A stretch of 64,000 bases of DNA from Candidatus Latescibacterota bacterium (GTDB taxonomy: Bacteria > Latescibacterota > UBA2968), in NCBI GenBank assembly GCA_965262145.1, contig OZ253501.1, positions 1,695,366-1,759,365 of the forward strand, in the 5' to 3' direction. Under the pieces are notes generated by a model. It saw only the letters and a program-made list of their open reading frames with translations, did not search any database and was not told the DNA's origin. Every line of letters starts with the position of its first letter. The first letter of the stretch is position 1. Positions 38,127 through 48,138 of this stretch are shown piece after piece. Made by a program: the position numbers and the translations under genes.

Positions 38127-39815
38127 CTAACCGCTTTCGCTATGGCCCGTGAGGCGTATATCTTCCACCAGCATTTGCACGTTGGTTCTGCCTTGCCAGG
38201 TATTGGCCTGTAGTGCAAAGGCGAGATCGACGCGGTCGCCCAGTGATAATTCGTAAACCCGTTCGCCCTGGCGAAACCAGATTGCATCGCACAGATCAGC
38301 ACCTGTATCCACGCTGAGTTTCAGATGCGCCCCGCGGCTTATGGCGCGCGCATCTGCAATTCGGCAATTGCGGGCTATAAAACGCGGCAACGCGTTCTTT
38401 GCACCAAAAGGTGCCAATTTGTCCAGGGCGTCAACTGTCGTCAGAGATATATCGGATGGTTTAAGTGCCACATCGACTTCTAATTGGGGCGTCAGTGCTT
38501 CCTCTGATAGCCGCGCTTGAGCATCTGCGATCAACCGGTCTTGAAATTCGAGATAATTTTCAGCGGGGACTGAAAATCCGGCGGCATCGGCGTGTCCACC
38601 AAATTCGGTGAGCAAATCTGAGACGCGGAAAATCGCCTCGACGATATTGTATCCACCTGTTGTGCGCGCAGAACCCGTATAGATGCCATTTTTTCGAAAG
38701 TTGGTACACACCAGCGCTGGGCGCGAAAATTTTTCGACCAATCGCCCGGCGATCAGCCCGACCACACCCAGATGCCAGTCTTCACCACGCACCACCAGAA
38801 TGCGATATTGATCCAACCAGTTATCCTCTACCATGCGTTCTGCTTCGGCTATACCGTCGTTTTGCAGAGCCTGTCTTTCGCCATTTAGACCGTTTAATTC
38901 TTCGGCGAGTTTTGCCGCCTGTCCCCGGTTTTGACAGCGCAACAAATCGAGTGCCAGATCGGCCGATGATAGGCGCCCGGCGCTGTTGATGCGCGGTCCC
39001 AGGAAGAATCCAATAGAGATCGTGTCAACGGGGCGGTTGGTCGTACCCGCGACGGCTTTGAGTGCCTGCAAGCCCGGTCGCTCGGTGGTATTGAGGACCT
39101 GCATCCCCTTTCGCGTAAGCAGGCGATTTTCTGCAACCATGGGGGCCATATCAGCCACAGTGCCCAATGCGACGAGATCCAAAAGCGAGTTCAAATATCG
39201 GCGGCGTTCTGAATTGGGCAGGAACTCGGATGCCAGAGCCTGTACTACCTTAAATGCCACCCCCACGGCAGCCAGTCCCTTGAAGGGATATTCGCAGTCT
39301 GCGCGATTGGGATTCACCAGTGCCAGGGCGTCTGGCAATTTGTCTTGTGGATGGTGATGGTCAATGACTACCACATCAATTCCGGCGTTATTGGCAGTGT
39401 CAACAGCCTCAAAAGATGAAATACCATTGTCGGCAGTTACAATGAGTTGTGCTCCCCTGTTGAGTGCCCTCGTCACACCCGGCGGTTTCATGCCATACCC
39501 ATCTCGGAACCGGTCGGGCAACAAAAATGTGGCATCGGCACCCACCATATCAAAAAAATCGAGCAAAACAGCGGTGCTCGTGACGCCATCTACATCGTAA
39601 TCGCCAAAAACCACAATGCGCTCTTTATTGTGAATGGCTTCCGAAATGCGTTCAACTATGCGGTGCATGTCTTTCATTAAATAGGGGTCATTCAAAATAT
39701 CGGGAGAATCGGCCAAATCCTCTATTTTCAGTGAACGGTTTGCGAGAATGACATCGGCAATAGAATGATAATCGCCCTTATGGCGTATGTTCCATATCGG
39801 GTATTTAGGCTCCAT
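38127..39815 (-). CDS. recJ: Single-stranded-DNA-specific exonuclease RecJ
   Basis: DHH motifs 'VFGDYDVDGVTS', 'VIDHHHP'. DHHA1 region 'GGHADAAG'. Confidence 0.85.
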   Translation of the reverse strand: MEPKYPIWNIRHKGDYHSIADVILANRSLKIEDLADSPDILNDPYLMKDMHRIVERISEAIHNKERIVVFGDYDVDGVTSTAVLLDFFDMVGADATFLLPDRFRDGYGMKPPGVTRALNRGAQLIVTADNGISSFEAVDTANNAGIDVVVIDHHHPQDKLPDALALVNPNRADCEYPFKGLAAVGVAFKVVQALASEFLPNSERRRYLNSLLDLVALGTVADMAPMVAENRLLTRKGMQVLNTTERPGLQALKAVAGTTNRPVDTISIGFFLGPRINSAGRLSSADLALDLLRCQNRGQAAKLAEELNGLNGERQALQNDGIAEAERMVEDNWLDQYRILVVRGEDWHLGVVGLIAGRLVEKFSRPALVCTNFRKNGIYTGSARTTGGYNIVEAIFRVSDLLTEFGGHADAAGFSVPAENYLEFQDRLIADAQARLSEEALTPQLEVDVALKPSDISLTTVDALDKLAPFGAKNALPRFIARNCRIADARAISRGAHLKLSVDTGADLCDAIWFRQGERVYELSLGDRVDLAFALQANTWQGRTNVQMLVEDIRLTGHSESG

Positions 39816-39979
39816 AAAATCTCCAGAGTGGTTGATTATAGTGAGTATATGCGATCTGTGCTTGACTTGAAGTCAATTTGAACGTTAATTTTTTGAAACC
39901 AATATTTCACTTGGGAATCTCATAGGCTGAACGGTGGATCAATTTTACACCTTCTGCTAACCGCTTTCAGGAGTTTAAA

Positions 39980-40375
39980 ATGTCAGAATATTTCAATACA
40001 GTCAAATCTTATCTTCAAGACCTCAATCTCGCGGTTGACGAGGAAGATACCGCTGAAGAACTCGTTGTGGTGAGTGACGAAGATCGCGGTATCAATCACC
40101 TCATTGTCGATTGTGAAGATCCCATCCTCATTATTGAGCAGGCCATTCTGCCCATTCCCAACGTTCCTGGCGACCTGTACAAAAGGTTGCTCGAAATGAA
40201 TCGCACACTTGTTCACGGGGCGTTTGCCCTCGATGAGGAGATCGGTACGGTTCTTTTTCGCGATACCTTGCGCCTCGATACCCTCGACCGATCTGAGCTT
40301 GAAGGCTCGATTACCGCGCTCGAACTCGCCCTGGCCGAAAATGCCGCAGAATTACTCGAATATAGCCATCAGTAG
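39980..40375 (+). CDS. YbjN-like (putative sensory-transduction/chaperone-fold) protein, PspA-associated
   Basis: 131 aa, acidic, YbjN-like length and pattern. Family call by gestalt and context only. Confidence 0.45.
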   Translation: MSEYFNTVKSYLQDLNLAVDEEDTAEELVVVSDEDRGINHLIVDCEDPILIIEQAILPIPNVPGDLYKRLLEMNRTLVHGAFALDEEIGTVLFRDTLRLDTLDRSELEGSITALELALAENAAELLEYSHQ

Positions 40376-40424
40376 CCAGTTGTACTACGTTAGACCGCTG
40401 ACCACTTTCTTAAAGGAGTATCTT

Positions 40425-41129
40425 ATGAGCATCTTTCAACGTCTCTTCAATGTGGGCAAGTCCGAAGTCAATGCTGCCATTGACAAATTTGAAGATCCGA
40501 TAAAAATGACCGAACAGGGTATCCGAGACCTGAAAAATGACCTCAATAGCGCGATGACCAGCCTGGCTGAGGTCAAAGGGCAGGCCATTCGATTGCGAAA
40601 GCAGGCGGAAGACAACAAAAAGGCATCTGCTGATTGGGAGCGAAAGGCCATGATTTTGCTCCAAAAATCCCAAAGCGGCGATCTGGATGCTGGGGAAGCC
40701 GATCGGTTAGCAGCGGAAGCTCTCAGCCGCAAATCAGAAGCCGACAGCCGTATCTCTCAGTTTGATCAGGATGCCCAGATGCAGGAAGATATGGCCGCTA
40801 AGCTTCAAAGCCAGGTGGAGAAACTCAAATCTACTGTTGCAAGACACGAAAATGAACTCATTTCATTGCGTGCGCGTGCAAAAACAGCCGCTGCGACAAA
40901 AAAAATCAACAAGCAACTCGCCAAGGTCGATTCGTCTGGTACGATCTCTATGCTCGAGCGCATGAAAGAGCGGGTTGAAGAAGACGAATCGCTCTCGCAG
41001 GCTTATGGTGAAATGGCCGATGAATCCAAGAGCGTTGATGAGGAAATTGACGCGGCGCTGAGTACTTCATCAAGTGGCACAGATCAACGCCTTGCCGAAC
41101 TCAAAGCAAAGATGGGGATGAATTCGTAA
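40425..41129 (+). CDS. pspA: PspA/IM30 (phage-shock protein A / Vipp1) family protein
   Basis: N-terminus 'MSIFQRLFNVGKSEVNAAIDKFEDPIKMTEQGIRDL' is canonical PspA. Coiled coil throughout. RBS AAAGGAG. Confidence 0.85.
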   Translation: MSIFQRLFNVGKSEVNAAIDKFEDPIKMTEQGIRDLKNDLNSAMTSLAEVKGQAIRLRKQAEDNKKASADWERKAMILLQKSQSGDLDAGEADRLAAEALSRKSEADSRISQFDQDAQMQEDMAAKLQSQVEKLKSTVARHENELISLRARAKTAAATKKINKQLAKVDSSGTISMLERMKERVEEDESLSQAYGEMADESKSVDEEIDAALSTSSSGTDQRLAELKAKMGMNS

Positions 41130-41216
41130 GTGATGGATTGGCTCTGGGTGTGCCTGTGAGTGAGAGACTCGCGCACCCGGATGAGATTTTTACTCGCTGC
41201 GTTGCAGGGAGAGAAA

Positions 41217-41756
41217 ATGAATTGGAATCCGTTTAAAAAAAACAAAGAAGAACCCGAAGCTCTCGATCCCCTGAATGTTACGCTGTCCGATCTCAAGTTG
41301 GGGTATGTCCTCGACTACGATCTCAAAACATGGCAGGTCACGGCGCAGCATTATTACGATTACGAAGGTGATCGCGTGGATGAATGGGAACTCTCCTGCG
41401 GCGATGATGTGGCATATCTCGAGCGGGCAGAAGACGATGATATCACCTGGGCATTGACGCACAAAATTCGCCTTTCCGATATTGAGGGCAATATCCGTGC
41501 GCATATGAGCAACTACGATGATCCTCCAGATGAAGTCACTTGCAATGGTGTTATTTACTACGGGGAATCATCAGCCGTTGGATCTTATTACAAAGATGGC
41601 GAGGGAGAGGGGCAGGAGTTTGTCATCTGGAATTATCTCGATGAGTCGGGAAAGCACACTTTGTCTCTTGAGCAATGGGCAGAAGATGCTTATGATGCCT
41701 CAGTGGGTGAGGTCGTCGAAGAATATCAATTTAGCAGTATCCTGCCAGTCGCGTAA
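41217..41756 (+). CDS. DUF4178-domain protein (PspA-associated, B. subtilis YdjH-like)
   Basis: 179 aa. 'LKLGYVLDYDLKTWQVTA…YEWELS…' resembles DUF4178. [10 protein letters not shown]. Context is downstream of pspA. Confidence 0.5.
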   Translation: MNWNPFKKNKEEPEALDPLNVTLSDLKLGYVLDYDLKTWQVTAQHYYDYEGDRVDEWELSCGDDVAYLERAEDDDITWALTHKIRLSDIEGNIRAHMSNYDDPPDEVTCNGVIYYGESSAVGSYYKDGEGEGQEFVIWNYLDESGKHTLSLEQWAEDAYDASVGEVVEEYQFSSILPVA

Positions 41757-41761
41757 TACCT

Positions 41762-43333
41762 CTATTCAACTCCCCATTCCGATTTTCGATAGTATCGATC
41801 TACTGTCGGTTCCATTTCTGTGCTGACATCAATCGCGTGTTTTTCTTCAAACATGCCCTTCCAGAAGTGCAACATTCCCCGCATCGTTTCCGCATTCAAA
41901 AATTGCGTTTCAATATCCTCAAAAGTGAGTTGCCGCATTCGGCGACTCAGATCCTCTTCGCGCATTCCCTGTGTTTTCATCCCCAGTACCCATCCCCAAT
42001 CGCCCATCGTTGGTATATAGGTGTGATAGGGTATTGTCGAAAAGCCAGCGTCTGCCATCGTGCGCTCAATACAGAGAAAAGCAAGACGCGCGTTAAAGGG
42101 ACTCGACGCCTGGGTTACCAGCACGCCATCGGGTGTTAGGTGACGCGCACACAAGCGATAAAATTCCCGCGAATACAATCTGGCGAGGTCTGGTCCTTTG
42201 GGATCGGGTAAGTCGATGATGATGATATTGAACAACGCATCTGAACGCGCCAGAAATGCGCCCGCATCGCCGATTACCACATTTACACGCGGGTCGTCCA
42301 GTGCCCGCGCATTCGCTTCCACAAAAACCGGGTGTGTTCGCGCCAGATCGATTATCGCTTCATCTAAATCTACAAGCGCAATCGCTTTCACATCTGCATA
42401 TTTCGCGACTTCGCGCACAGCCAGTCCATCCCCTCCGCCTAAAATGAGTACGTTATTCCGCGATCCCGATAGTTTCATGGCCGGATGTACCAGCGATTCG
42501 TGATAGCGTTCTTCGTCATAGGTGCTGAATTGCACGTTGCCATTTAAGTGCAGCCAGTGGTAGCCTTTCCATTCTGTTATGACAATGCGTTGATAAACGG
42601 TTTGATCTTGATAGACCACGCGATCGCGATACCGACTTTGCTCGCCCCATATTACAATGGGACGGATATAAATTCCCAGTACCAGAAGGCCCGCGCCCAG
42701 AATCCAGAATGCCGTCAATAGCCGCCGGCGACGCGCCAATAAGTGTCGATATTGCCACAGTAATACCGATGCCACGATAAAGTTAATCGCGCCCAATACC
42801 AGTGGTGTGTACGTCAGACCCAATTTTGGCAATAAAAAAAAGGCGAACAATAGTCCGCCGATCAATGCGCCAAAATAGTCTTTTTCCATCACTGAGGCGA
42901 TATTGGTGCTCAAATCCTGGTACGCTTCGTTCATGCGCGCTACCAGCGGAATTTCCATGCCGATTAGCACGCCGATTGCAAAGGCATAGCCATAGATAAA
43001 AACGCCTGCCGACAACACAAATGCCGATCCAAAATACGCCGCAACCGCACAGGTGACGCACAGAGCCGAGAGATAAAATTCGATTGCGATAAAGCGATCC
43101 AGCAATCGATCTGTCAACAATCGGCTCCACCGGCTGCCCAGGCCCATGGCAAATAACATCAGCGACATGAGCATCGCCCACTGCAATGTCGTATTGCCCA
43201 ATAGATAGCTCGCCAGTGTTGATAGCGTAAATTCCGCTACTATGCCCGAGCATCCCGTGGCGAATATACAGGCTTTTAAGAGATAGCTTTGACGCATACC
43301 AAAATAATAAAAATAACTCGGAGGGCTGAACAC
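41762..43333 (-). CDS. Membrane-anchored polyamine aminopropyltransferase (spermidine synthase fused to N-terminal polytopic membrane domain)
   Basis: ~7 TM N-terminal domain, then SpeE motifs 'VLILGGGDGLAVREV' and 'IIIDLPDP'. Confidence 0.8.
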   Translation of the reverse strand: MFSPPSYFYYFGMRQSYLLKACIFATGCSGIVAEFTLSTLASYLLGNTTLQWAMLMSLMLFAMGLGSRWSRLLTDRLLDRFIAIEFYLSALCVTCAVAAYFGSAFVLSAGVFIYGYAFAIGVLIGMEIPLVARMNEAYQDLSTNIASVMEKDYFGALIGGLLFAFFLLPKLGLTYTPLVLGAINFIVASVLLWQYRHLLARRRRLLTAFWILGAGLLVLGIYIRPIVIWGEQSRYRDRVVYQDQTVYQRIVITEWKGYHWLHLNGNVQFSTYDEERYHESLVHPAMKLSGSRNNVLILGGGDGLAVREVAKYADVKAIALVDLDEAIIDLARTHPVFVEANARALDDPRVNVVIGDAGAFLARSDALFNIIIIDLPDPKGPDLARLYSREFYRLCARHLTPDGVLVTQASSPFNARLAFLCIERTMADAGFSTIPYHTYIPTMGDWGWVLGMKTQGMREEDLSRRMRQLTFEDIETQFLNAETMRGMLHFWKGMFEEKHAIDVSTEMEPTVDRYYRKSEWGVE

Positions 43334-43420
43334 CCGCCGAGTTGGAGAGATTTAATCAGGGAATTTCACAGTGCGATAGCAGTGTCTTTTGGGGTTTCGC
43401 CATCCACACAACTTCCCTTC

Positions 43421-44266
43421 TCACAAACTCCACACAATCAGGAACGACGCGCCGATATAAGATGTGGCTTCGATGAAGCCTGCGGCCAAATTGGGGTGTT
43501 CTTGATTGGCGATTTCATCGGTCAGTTTTTGTCCTGGCAAGAGAATCACATCGGAGATGAATCGGGCGATGGGTAGCAGTATTAATCCCGCGATTACTTC
43601 GATTGCAAAATCCTGTAGATTTACGGTCCATGAAATAAAATCACCCGCCGATGCGTGAAATACTATAATGCCAATGCCGACCAATGCGCCCGCAAAAGCG
43701 ACGCCTGCCGCGACATTGTCTTTTTCAATTTCGTCGTGAATACTATACGGGGTAATCCATTCGTACACCAGCCCGGCCAGTATCAGGGCGGCCTGGCCCA
43801 ATGCCCAGAAAATCACTGTTGTTACAATTCCGCCTATCTCACCGGATACCGCACCAAAAATCACTAATCCCGTTGCAATATACGACGCGGCGACTACAAC
43901 ACCTGTGCCCGCGTTTTGATCGTCAATCAATTCATCCCGCACTTTGAATCCGTGTAAGATCAGCCCGTCGTTGACCAGACGCGATAGATTCATCAACAGG
44001 ATAGAAAGCACTCCGTAAATGCCGATGTCGATCAAATCGTTTTCCAATCCTTGGGATGGCCCCGACAAGGTGCCGCCAATAGCCATTACCAATCCAAAAT
44101 AATATCCCGCCATGGCCACACCTAGTGCTGCGTTGTCTTTTTCGACCAGTTCATCCCGCACGCTGTAACTCGATGTCGTCAAATCCTTGACCAATTTGCC
44201 GAGCCAGAACAATATAAACGCGCTAATGAGATAAATACCCGTTGCAATCAAATCTTGTCCAATCAT
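43421..44266 (-). CDS. DUF350-repeat membrane protein (E. coli YjfL-like)
   Basis: Three or four repeats of 'DEL…(K)DN.A.G…AG…G' with flanking TM helices. Confidence 0.65.
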   Translation of the reverse strand: MIGQDLIATGIYLISAFILFWLGKLVKDLTTSSYSVRDELVEKDNAALGVAMAGYYFGLVMAIGGTLSGPSQGLENDLIDIGIYGVLSILLMNLSRLVNDGLILHGFKVRDELIDDQNAGTGVVVAASYIATGLVIFGAVSGEIGGIVTTVIFWALGQAALILAGLVYEWITPYSIHDEIEKDNVAAGVAFAGALVGIGIIVFHASAGDFISWTVNLQDFAIEVIAGLILLPIARFISDVILLPGQKLTDEIANQEHPNLAAGFIEATSYIGASFLIVWSL

Positions 44267-44994
44267 TTTCCAAACCCTCCAAAACTACGGCTGCCAAATC
44301 CAGATCGGCTGCGGCTTGTCGAACGCGAGCTTCCAAATCCGCTGCGACTCTGGCTCGTGCGACTTTGCACTTTTTGTGTGAACGATTGTCTCTTTTGCGC
44401 TATGTTTGCCTGGCGTCGCTGGAATGTCGATGGTTTTTGTTTTTGCGTGACAGATCCCTGCGTGCCGTACTCCCGATTGCGCCCATAATACGGGCGTCGA
44501 TCCTGGCGATAAGACCGATAATCGTCGTAATCGTAGCGACTCATGCCGAACCCGCCGCCCCAACCGAGCAAACTTCGCATCATCGCGTATTGCCCGTAAA
44601 ACTCCCAGAACGATGTGCCTCCGCGATTCGTCCATTGTCCGTATTGTGGATTGCCCACATAGTGGTATCCGGGCGGATGTGGCGTATTGTTGACGCCATC
44701 TTGCTTCGATTTGGCAATCAGCGCCATTCCCAAAAACGGTTCGTATTTTCGATAGATGGACTCCGATACTTCTATCCAGTCCGATTGTACCTTTTTTTCG
44801 CCCTGTGTAATTAAATACCGATGATAATACGAGGTAAAAACAGTGCCTTCTTCACGTATATCATCCAACACAATCATATACGCCGGTGCCGAGGCCAGCG
44901 ATTTCTGCATCTCAACTACGGGATCGCGTTTACCGCCGCACCCGCACAACAACAGAAGGCCGATCAACAAGACCGGCAATCGTTCTCGTGTCAT
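44263..44994 (-). CDS. Lipoprotein with Gly/Ser/Arg-rich C-terminal tail (possibly YjfM/DUF1190-like)
   Basis: Lipobox 'LLLCGCGG'. 4-bp overlap with the DUF350 gene. Confidence 0.5.
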   Translation of the reverse strand: MTRERLPVLLIGLLLLCGCGGKRDPVVEMQKSLASAPAYMIVLDDIREEGTVFTSYYHRYLITQGEKKVQSDWIEVSESIYRKYEPFLGMALIAKSKQDGVNNTPHPPGYHYVGNPQYGQWTNRGGTSFWEFYGQYAMMRSLLGWGGGFGMSRYDYDDYRSYRQDRRPYYGRNREYGTQGSVTQKQKPSTFQRRQANIAQKRQSFTQKVQSRTSQSRSGFGSSRSTSRSRSGFGSRSFGGFGK

Positions 44995-45118
44995 AATTTC
45001 CTCCAGATATGGGTGGTTGCAACCATAGCTTTTTCCTTGAAGTAAGATACGTCAATATCGGTTTTGTGCAATATGGAACTGGTCTGGGGGATGGGATTCA
45101 ACGGCCAGTTGTACATCA

Positions 45119-46582
45119 TTATCTCGGATCTTCGGGCAATTGCGAAAAATCGAATGCATTTACTTCGTCGATGTTTGGCGCGAATGGGGGGATGGCGTGG
45201 GGGATATGGCTGTGCCCACAGCGTGCGATGAGTGCTCTGGCACGCGCTTGCCGTTCGGCTTGTTTCAAAATATCATCGGCAGACCAGCGTGCAAAAATTT
45301 TTGCGAGGCCCGATTGGATCGCGTCTTGATATCGGGGGTCATCGCTCAGGTCGCGGCGTTCTTCGGGGTCTTCGTCGATGTTGAATAGCTGGCAGGTGTC
45401 AAGCTCGGAGTAATAGTTCAATTTCCACGGCCCCGTGCGGATCATGCATGCGGGTTGGTCGCCCAGCAAGCCGATATATTCTGCAAAGACTTCATTGGGC
45501 CAGTCCGATGGCGGGGGACCTTTGAGGAATGAGGCGAAGCTTTTGCCCGAGACATCGGGCATGGGGTCTGCACCTGCAATGTCCAGAGCCGTGGGGCCGA
45601 CGTCGATGAGGCTGACGATGGCGTCTTCTGTGTGGTTTTCGTGAAAATGGCCCGGCCATGAACTGATTAAGGGTATGCCCACAGAGCCTTCGTAAAAGCT
45701 GCTTTTCCACCACATGCCGTGTTCGTGGGCCATATCGCCGTGGTCCGAGGTGTAGATGATGACGGTATTATCCGCATTAGAGGAGGATTGTACGGTGTCA
45801 CTGATCTGGCCGATGTATCGGTCGAGTTCGGTTGTCAAGCCGTAATAAGCGGCTAACCCGCGGCGGTTCTGCTCTGGGGTGATGTCGTCAACGCCGCGTC
45901 GCTCGCGCCATTTTTTCATGGCTGGATGCAGGGCATTTAAGTATTCGGGCGATTCGGGTTCGAGGGGTGGGATTTGCGCCATGTAATATTCAAAGTCTTC
46001 TCTGCCGCAGATAAGGGGATTGTGCGGGTTCATGTAACCGACGACGAGGGCATAAGGTCTGTCGCTATTTTGCCGATCGGCGATGAATTTGCAGGCTGTT
46101 TCGGTGACGGATTTGTCAAAGTAGCGATAGCCGGTTTCGCCATAGCCAGATACTTGAACGCCGTATTTGGTTTGTCCTGTTGTGCGGTTGTATCCCGCGC
46201 CGAGAATTTCTGCGGATAGCCCACCGCAGTCGGCGTGGATGCGTTTTTCAAAGCCATGAAATTGATCGGGATTTCTAAAGTGCATGCGACCACATAGCAC
46301 GGCTTCGTAGCCGGCCGCGCCAAATGCATGGGCAAATGTGGGGGTGTCAAAAGACAGGCTGCCGCTGTTGTCATAAACGCCCACGTCGCTGGGGTACTGC
46401 GCCGACATAAAGCCCGATCGCGAAGGCGCGCAGAGGGGATAGGGACAATACGCATTGCGAAACCGGGTCCCGCGACGCGCAAGCGTATCTAAATTTGGCG
46501 TTTGCACAATGGGATTTCCCGCACATCCCATTACATGGGGATTGTGCTGATCGGAGATGATGATGATAATGTTAGGAGTCAT
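45119..46582 (-). CDS. Formylglycine-dependent sulfatase
   Basis: Signature 'CAPSRSGFMS' (C-x-P-S-R). 487 aa. Confidence 0.85.
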   Translation of the reverse strand: MTPNIIIIISDQHNPHVMGCAGNPIVQTPNLDTLARRGTRFRNAYCPYPLCAPSRSGFMSAQYPSDVGVYDNSGSLSFDTPTFAHAFGAAGYEAVLCGRMHFRNPDQFHGFEKRIHADCGGLSAEILGAGYNRTTGQTKYGVQVSGYGETGYRYFDKSVTETACKFIADRQNSDRPYALVVGYMNPHNPLICGREDFEYYMAQIPPLEPESPEYLNALHPAMKKWRERRGVDDITPEQNRRGLAAYYGLTTELDRYIGQISDTVQSSSNADNTVIIYTSDHGDMAHEHGMWWKSSFYEGSVGIPLISSWPGHFHENHTEDAIVSLIDVGPTALDIAGADPMPDVSGKSFASFLKGPPPSDWPNEVFAEYIGLLGDQPACMIRTGPWKLNYYSELDTCQLFNIDEDPEERRDLSDDPRYQDAIQSGLAKIFARWSADDILKQAERQARARALIARCGHSHIPHAIPPFAPNIDEVNAFDFSQLPEDPR

Positions 46583-46645
46583 AAGGAGAAGTGTGAAGTG
46601 TGGAGGGTGGAGGGTGAAGGAACAGGCATAAGCACTAACAGTGGA

Positions 46646-47353
46646 TTATTTTCCATCATTCCCGTTGTACAGACCTTCTCCGCGTACCAACAGGCGTTTG
46701 GGGTTGGGGATGTCCATGAGTTCGTCAACGCTGTGATAGCCAACTGTCATGCTCATGCGCGTGTCGTCGGTGTGGTTTTCGCCTGCGCCGTGAACGACCA
46801 TGCTGTCGATTGCGAGCATCCCTCCTGCGGGCATGGGTACGGGGAGTGCCTGACCCAGAATATCGCTTGCCCAGTCTGCATCGTGAATAGATGTGGAAAC
46901 GCCGGGGAAGTGATGTGATCCGGGTACAATGCGGGTGCATCCATTTTCGAGGGTGGTTTCTTCGAGGTAAAAGATGATGGTGTAGATGTTGCGCGTCCAC
47001 TGCCTGACGTCGCGATGAAGATACGCGCCTTTGTTGTCATCCGCCGTGCGCAAGGTGGCGTGGTTATGGCGGTTGGTGAGGATTTCGATATTGGGTCCCA
47101 AAAGGGATTCGAGTGGGTCGAGTGTGAATGGGTGCGTGACTGCTTCTCGAAAGATCGGCACGCGATCCATAAGGGCAGAGATACGCACGGCACGGCCATC
47201 TTTATTGCGTGAGATGGGTTCGACTTCGCAGTCGATATCTTCCGTAATAGCGGTCTTCAGGTTTTCAACCATTTCTTCTGGCAAGCGGTCTGGAAGGCAG
47301 AGAAAACCGTTGTTTCGAAAGAGCTGGATTTGTCGCATGGTGAGTGAGGGCAT
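46646..47353 (-). CDS. Phytanoyl-CoA dioxygenase (PhyH) family Fe(II)/2-oxoglutarate oxygenase
   Basis: PhyH-like double-stranded-helix-fold pattern ('…HRD…', '…VHGAGEN…'). Confidence 0.7.
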   Translation of the reverse strand: MPSLTMRQIQLFRNNGFLCLPDRLPEEMVENLKTAITEDIDCEVEPISRNKDGRAVRISALMDRVPIFREAVTHPFTLDPLESLLGPNIEILTNRHNHATLRTADDNKGAYLHRDVRQWTRNIYTIIFYLEETTLENGCTRIVPGSHHFPGVSTSIHDADWASDILGQALPVPMPAGGMLAIDSMVVHGAGENHTDDTRMSMTVGYHSVDELMDIPNPKRLLVRGEGLYNGNDGK

Positions 47354-47356
47354 GTC

Positions 47357-48106
47357 CTACTCCTGAATGGGAAGAGCATAGGGATGTGGGTGTCCTGTAT
47401 AGGCTTTTTCACCGCGCACGAGAATTTTTTCCGGGTCGTTTTTGATCACATCGTGGGCGTCGTGGGCGCGATAGGCAACCGTCATGCTGCGGCGAGAATG
47501 ATCTGAACGATTTGTGTCCGACCCGTGATAACAGCAGTCGTTAAAGAGGATTACACCGCCGCGCGGCATGGGGATTGGCACTGCGCGGTAATAGTTGTCG
47601 CTGTGGTAAAAGTTGTCTCTGTGTTTCTGTGGTCGGCGCGGGTTGAGAAATGGACGGTTGTGGCTGCCGGGCACGATGCGTATACAGCCGTTTTCAACGG
47701 TTGATTCTTCGAGGTATATCAAGCCGGTGATCAGCGTGTGGTCATAGGGTTCTTCACCTGCGTGCCAGGGGACGGGATAAGACCCGGATGGGCGCACCAT
47801 GACGTGATTGTGTTTGTTGGTGAGTACTTCGATGTTTGGACCGATGATGCCTTCGAGGGCGTTGAGGATGATGGGGTGAGACGCGGCTTCGAAATAGACG
47901 GGGTCTCGCAAAAAAATTTTTGAAAGACGGCGAACATTTTCTGACGTCCGATCCCCTTTTTCTTCCCAAACAATGGGTTCTCGCATGCCTGAAATCTGCC
48001 GGGAGGTGACTTCATTTAGGCGATCGACCAGATCGCCGGGCAGAGTCTCGCGAACTTTGTAAAATCCAGTGGTTTTGAAATACCAGAGGTCTTCTTCTGT
48101 GATCAT
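47357..48106 (-). CDS. Phytanoyl-CoA dioxygenase (PhyH) family protein, paralogue of the adjacent gene
   Basis: Similar layout to 46646..47353 ('…WHAGEEP…', 'CYHGSDTNRSD'). Confidence 0.7.
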   Translation of the reverse strand: MITEEDLWYFKTTGFYKVRETLPGDLVDRLNEVTSRQISGMREPIVWEEKGDRTSENVRRLSKIFLRDPVYFEAASHPIILNALEGIIGPNIEVLTNKHNHVMVRPSGSYPVPWHAGEEPYDHTLITGLIYLEESTVENGCIRIVPGSHNRPFLNPRRPQKHRDNFYHSDNYYRAVPIPMPRGGVILFNDCCYHGSDTNRSDHSRRSMTVAYRAHDAHDVIKNDPEKILVRGEKAYTGHPHPYALPIQE

Positions 48107-48138
48107 GTTGAGATATCCTTATGAGTGAGAATCCCCTA

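Noticed and set aside
38036-38302. 88-aa ORF spanning the helicase/recJ junction
   Set aside because: It overlaps the ends of two strongly supported genes and has no RBS or motifs.
44263-44500. Ser/Arg/Gly-rich repeats at the 3' end of the lipoprotein gene as a DNA repeat element
   Set aside because: It is a low-complexity protein tail (RSGFGSSRSTSRSRSGFGSRSFGGFGK) within a continuous ORF, not a mobile or tandem DNA repeat of regulatory type.
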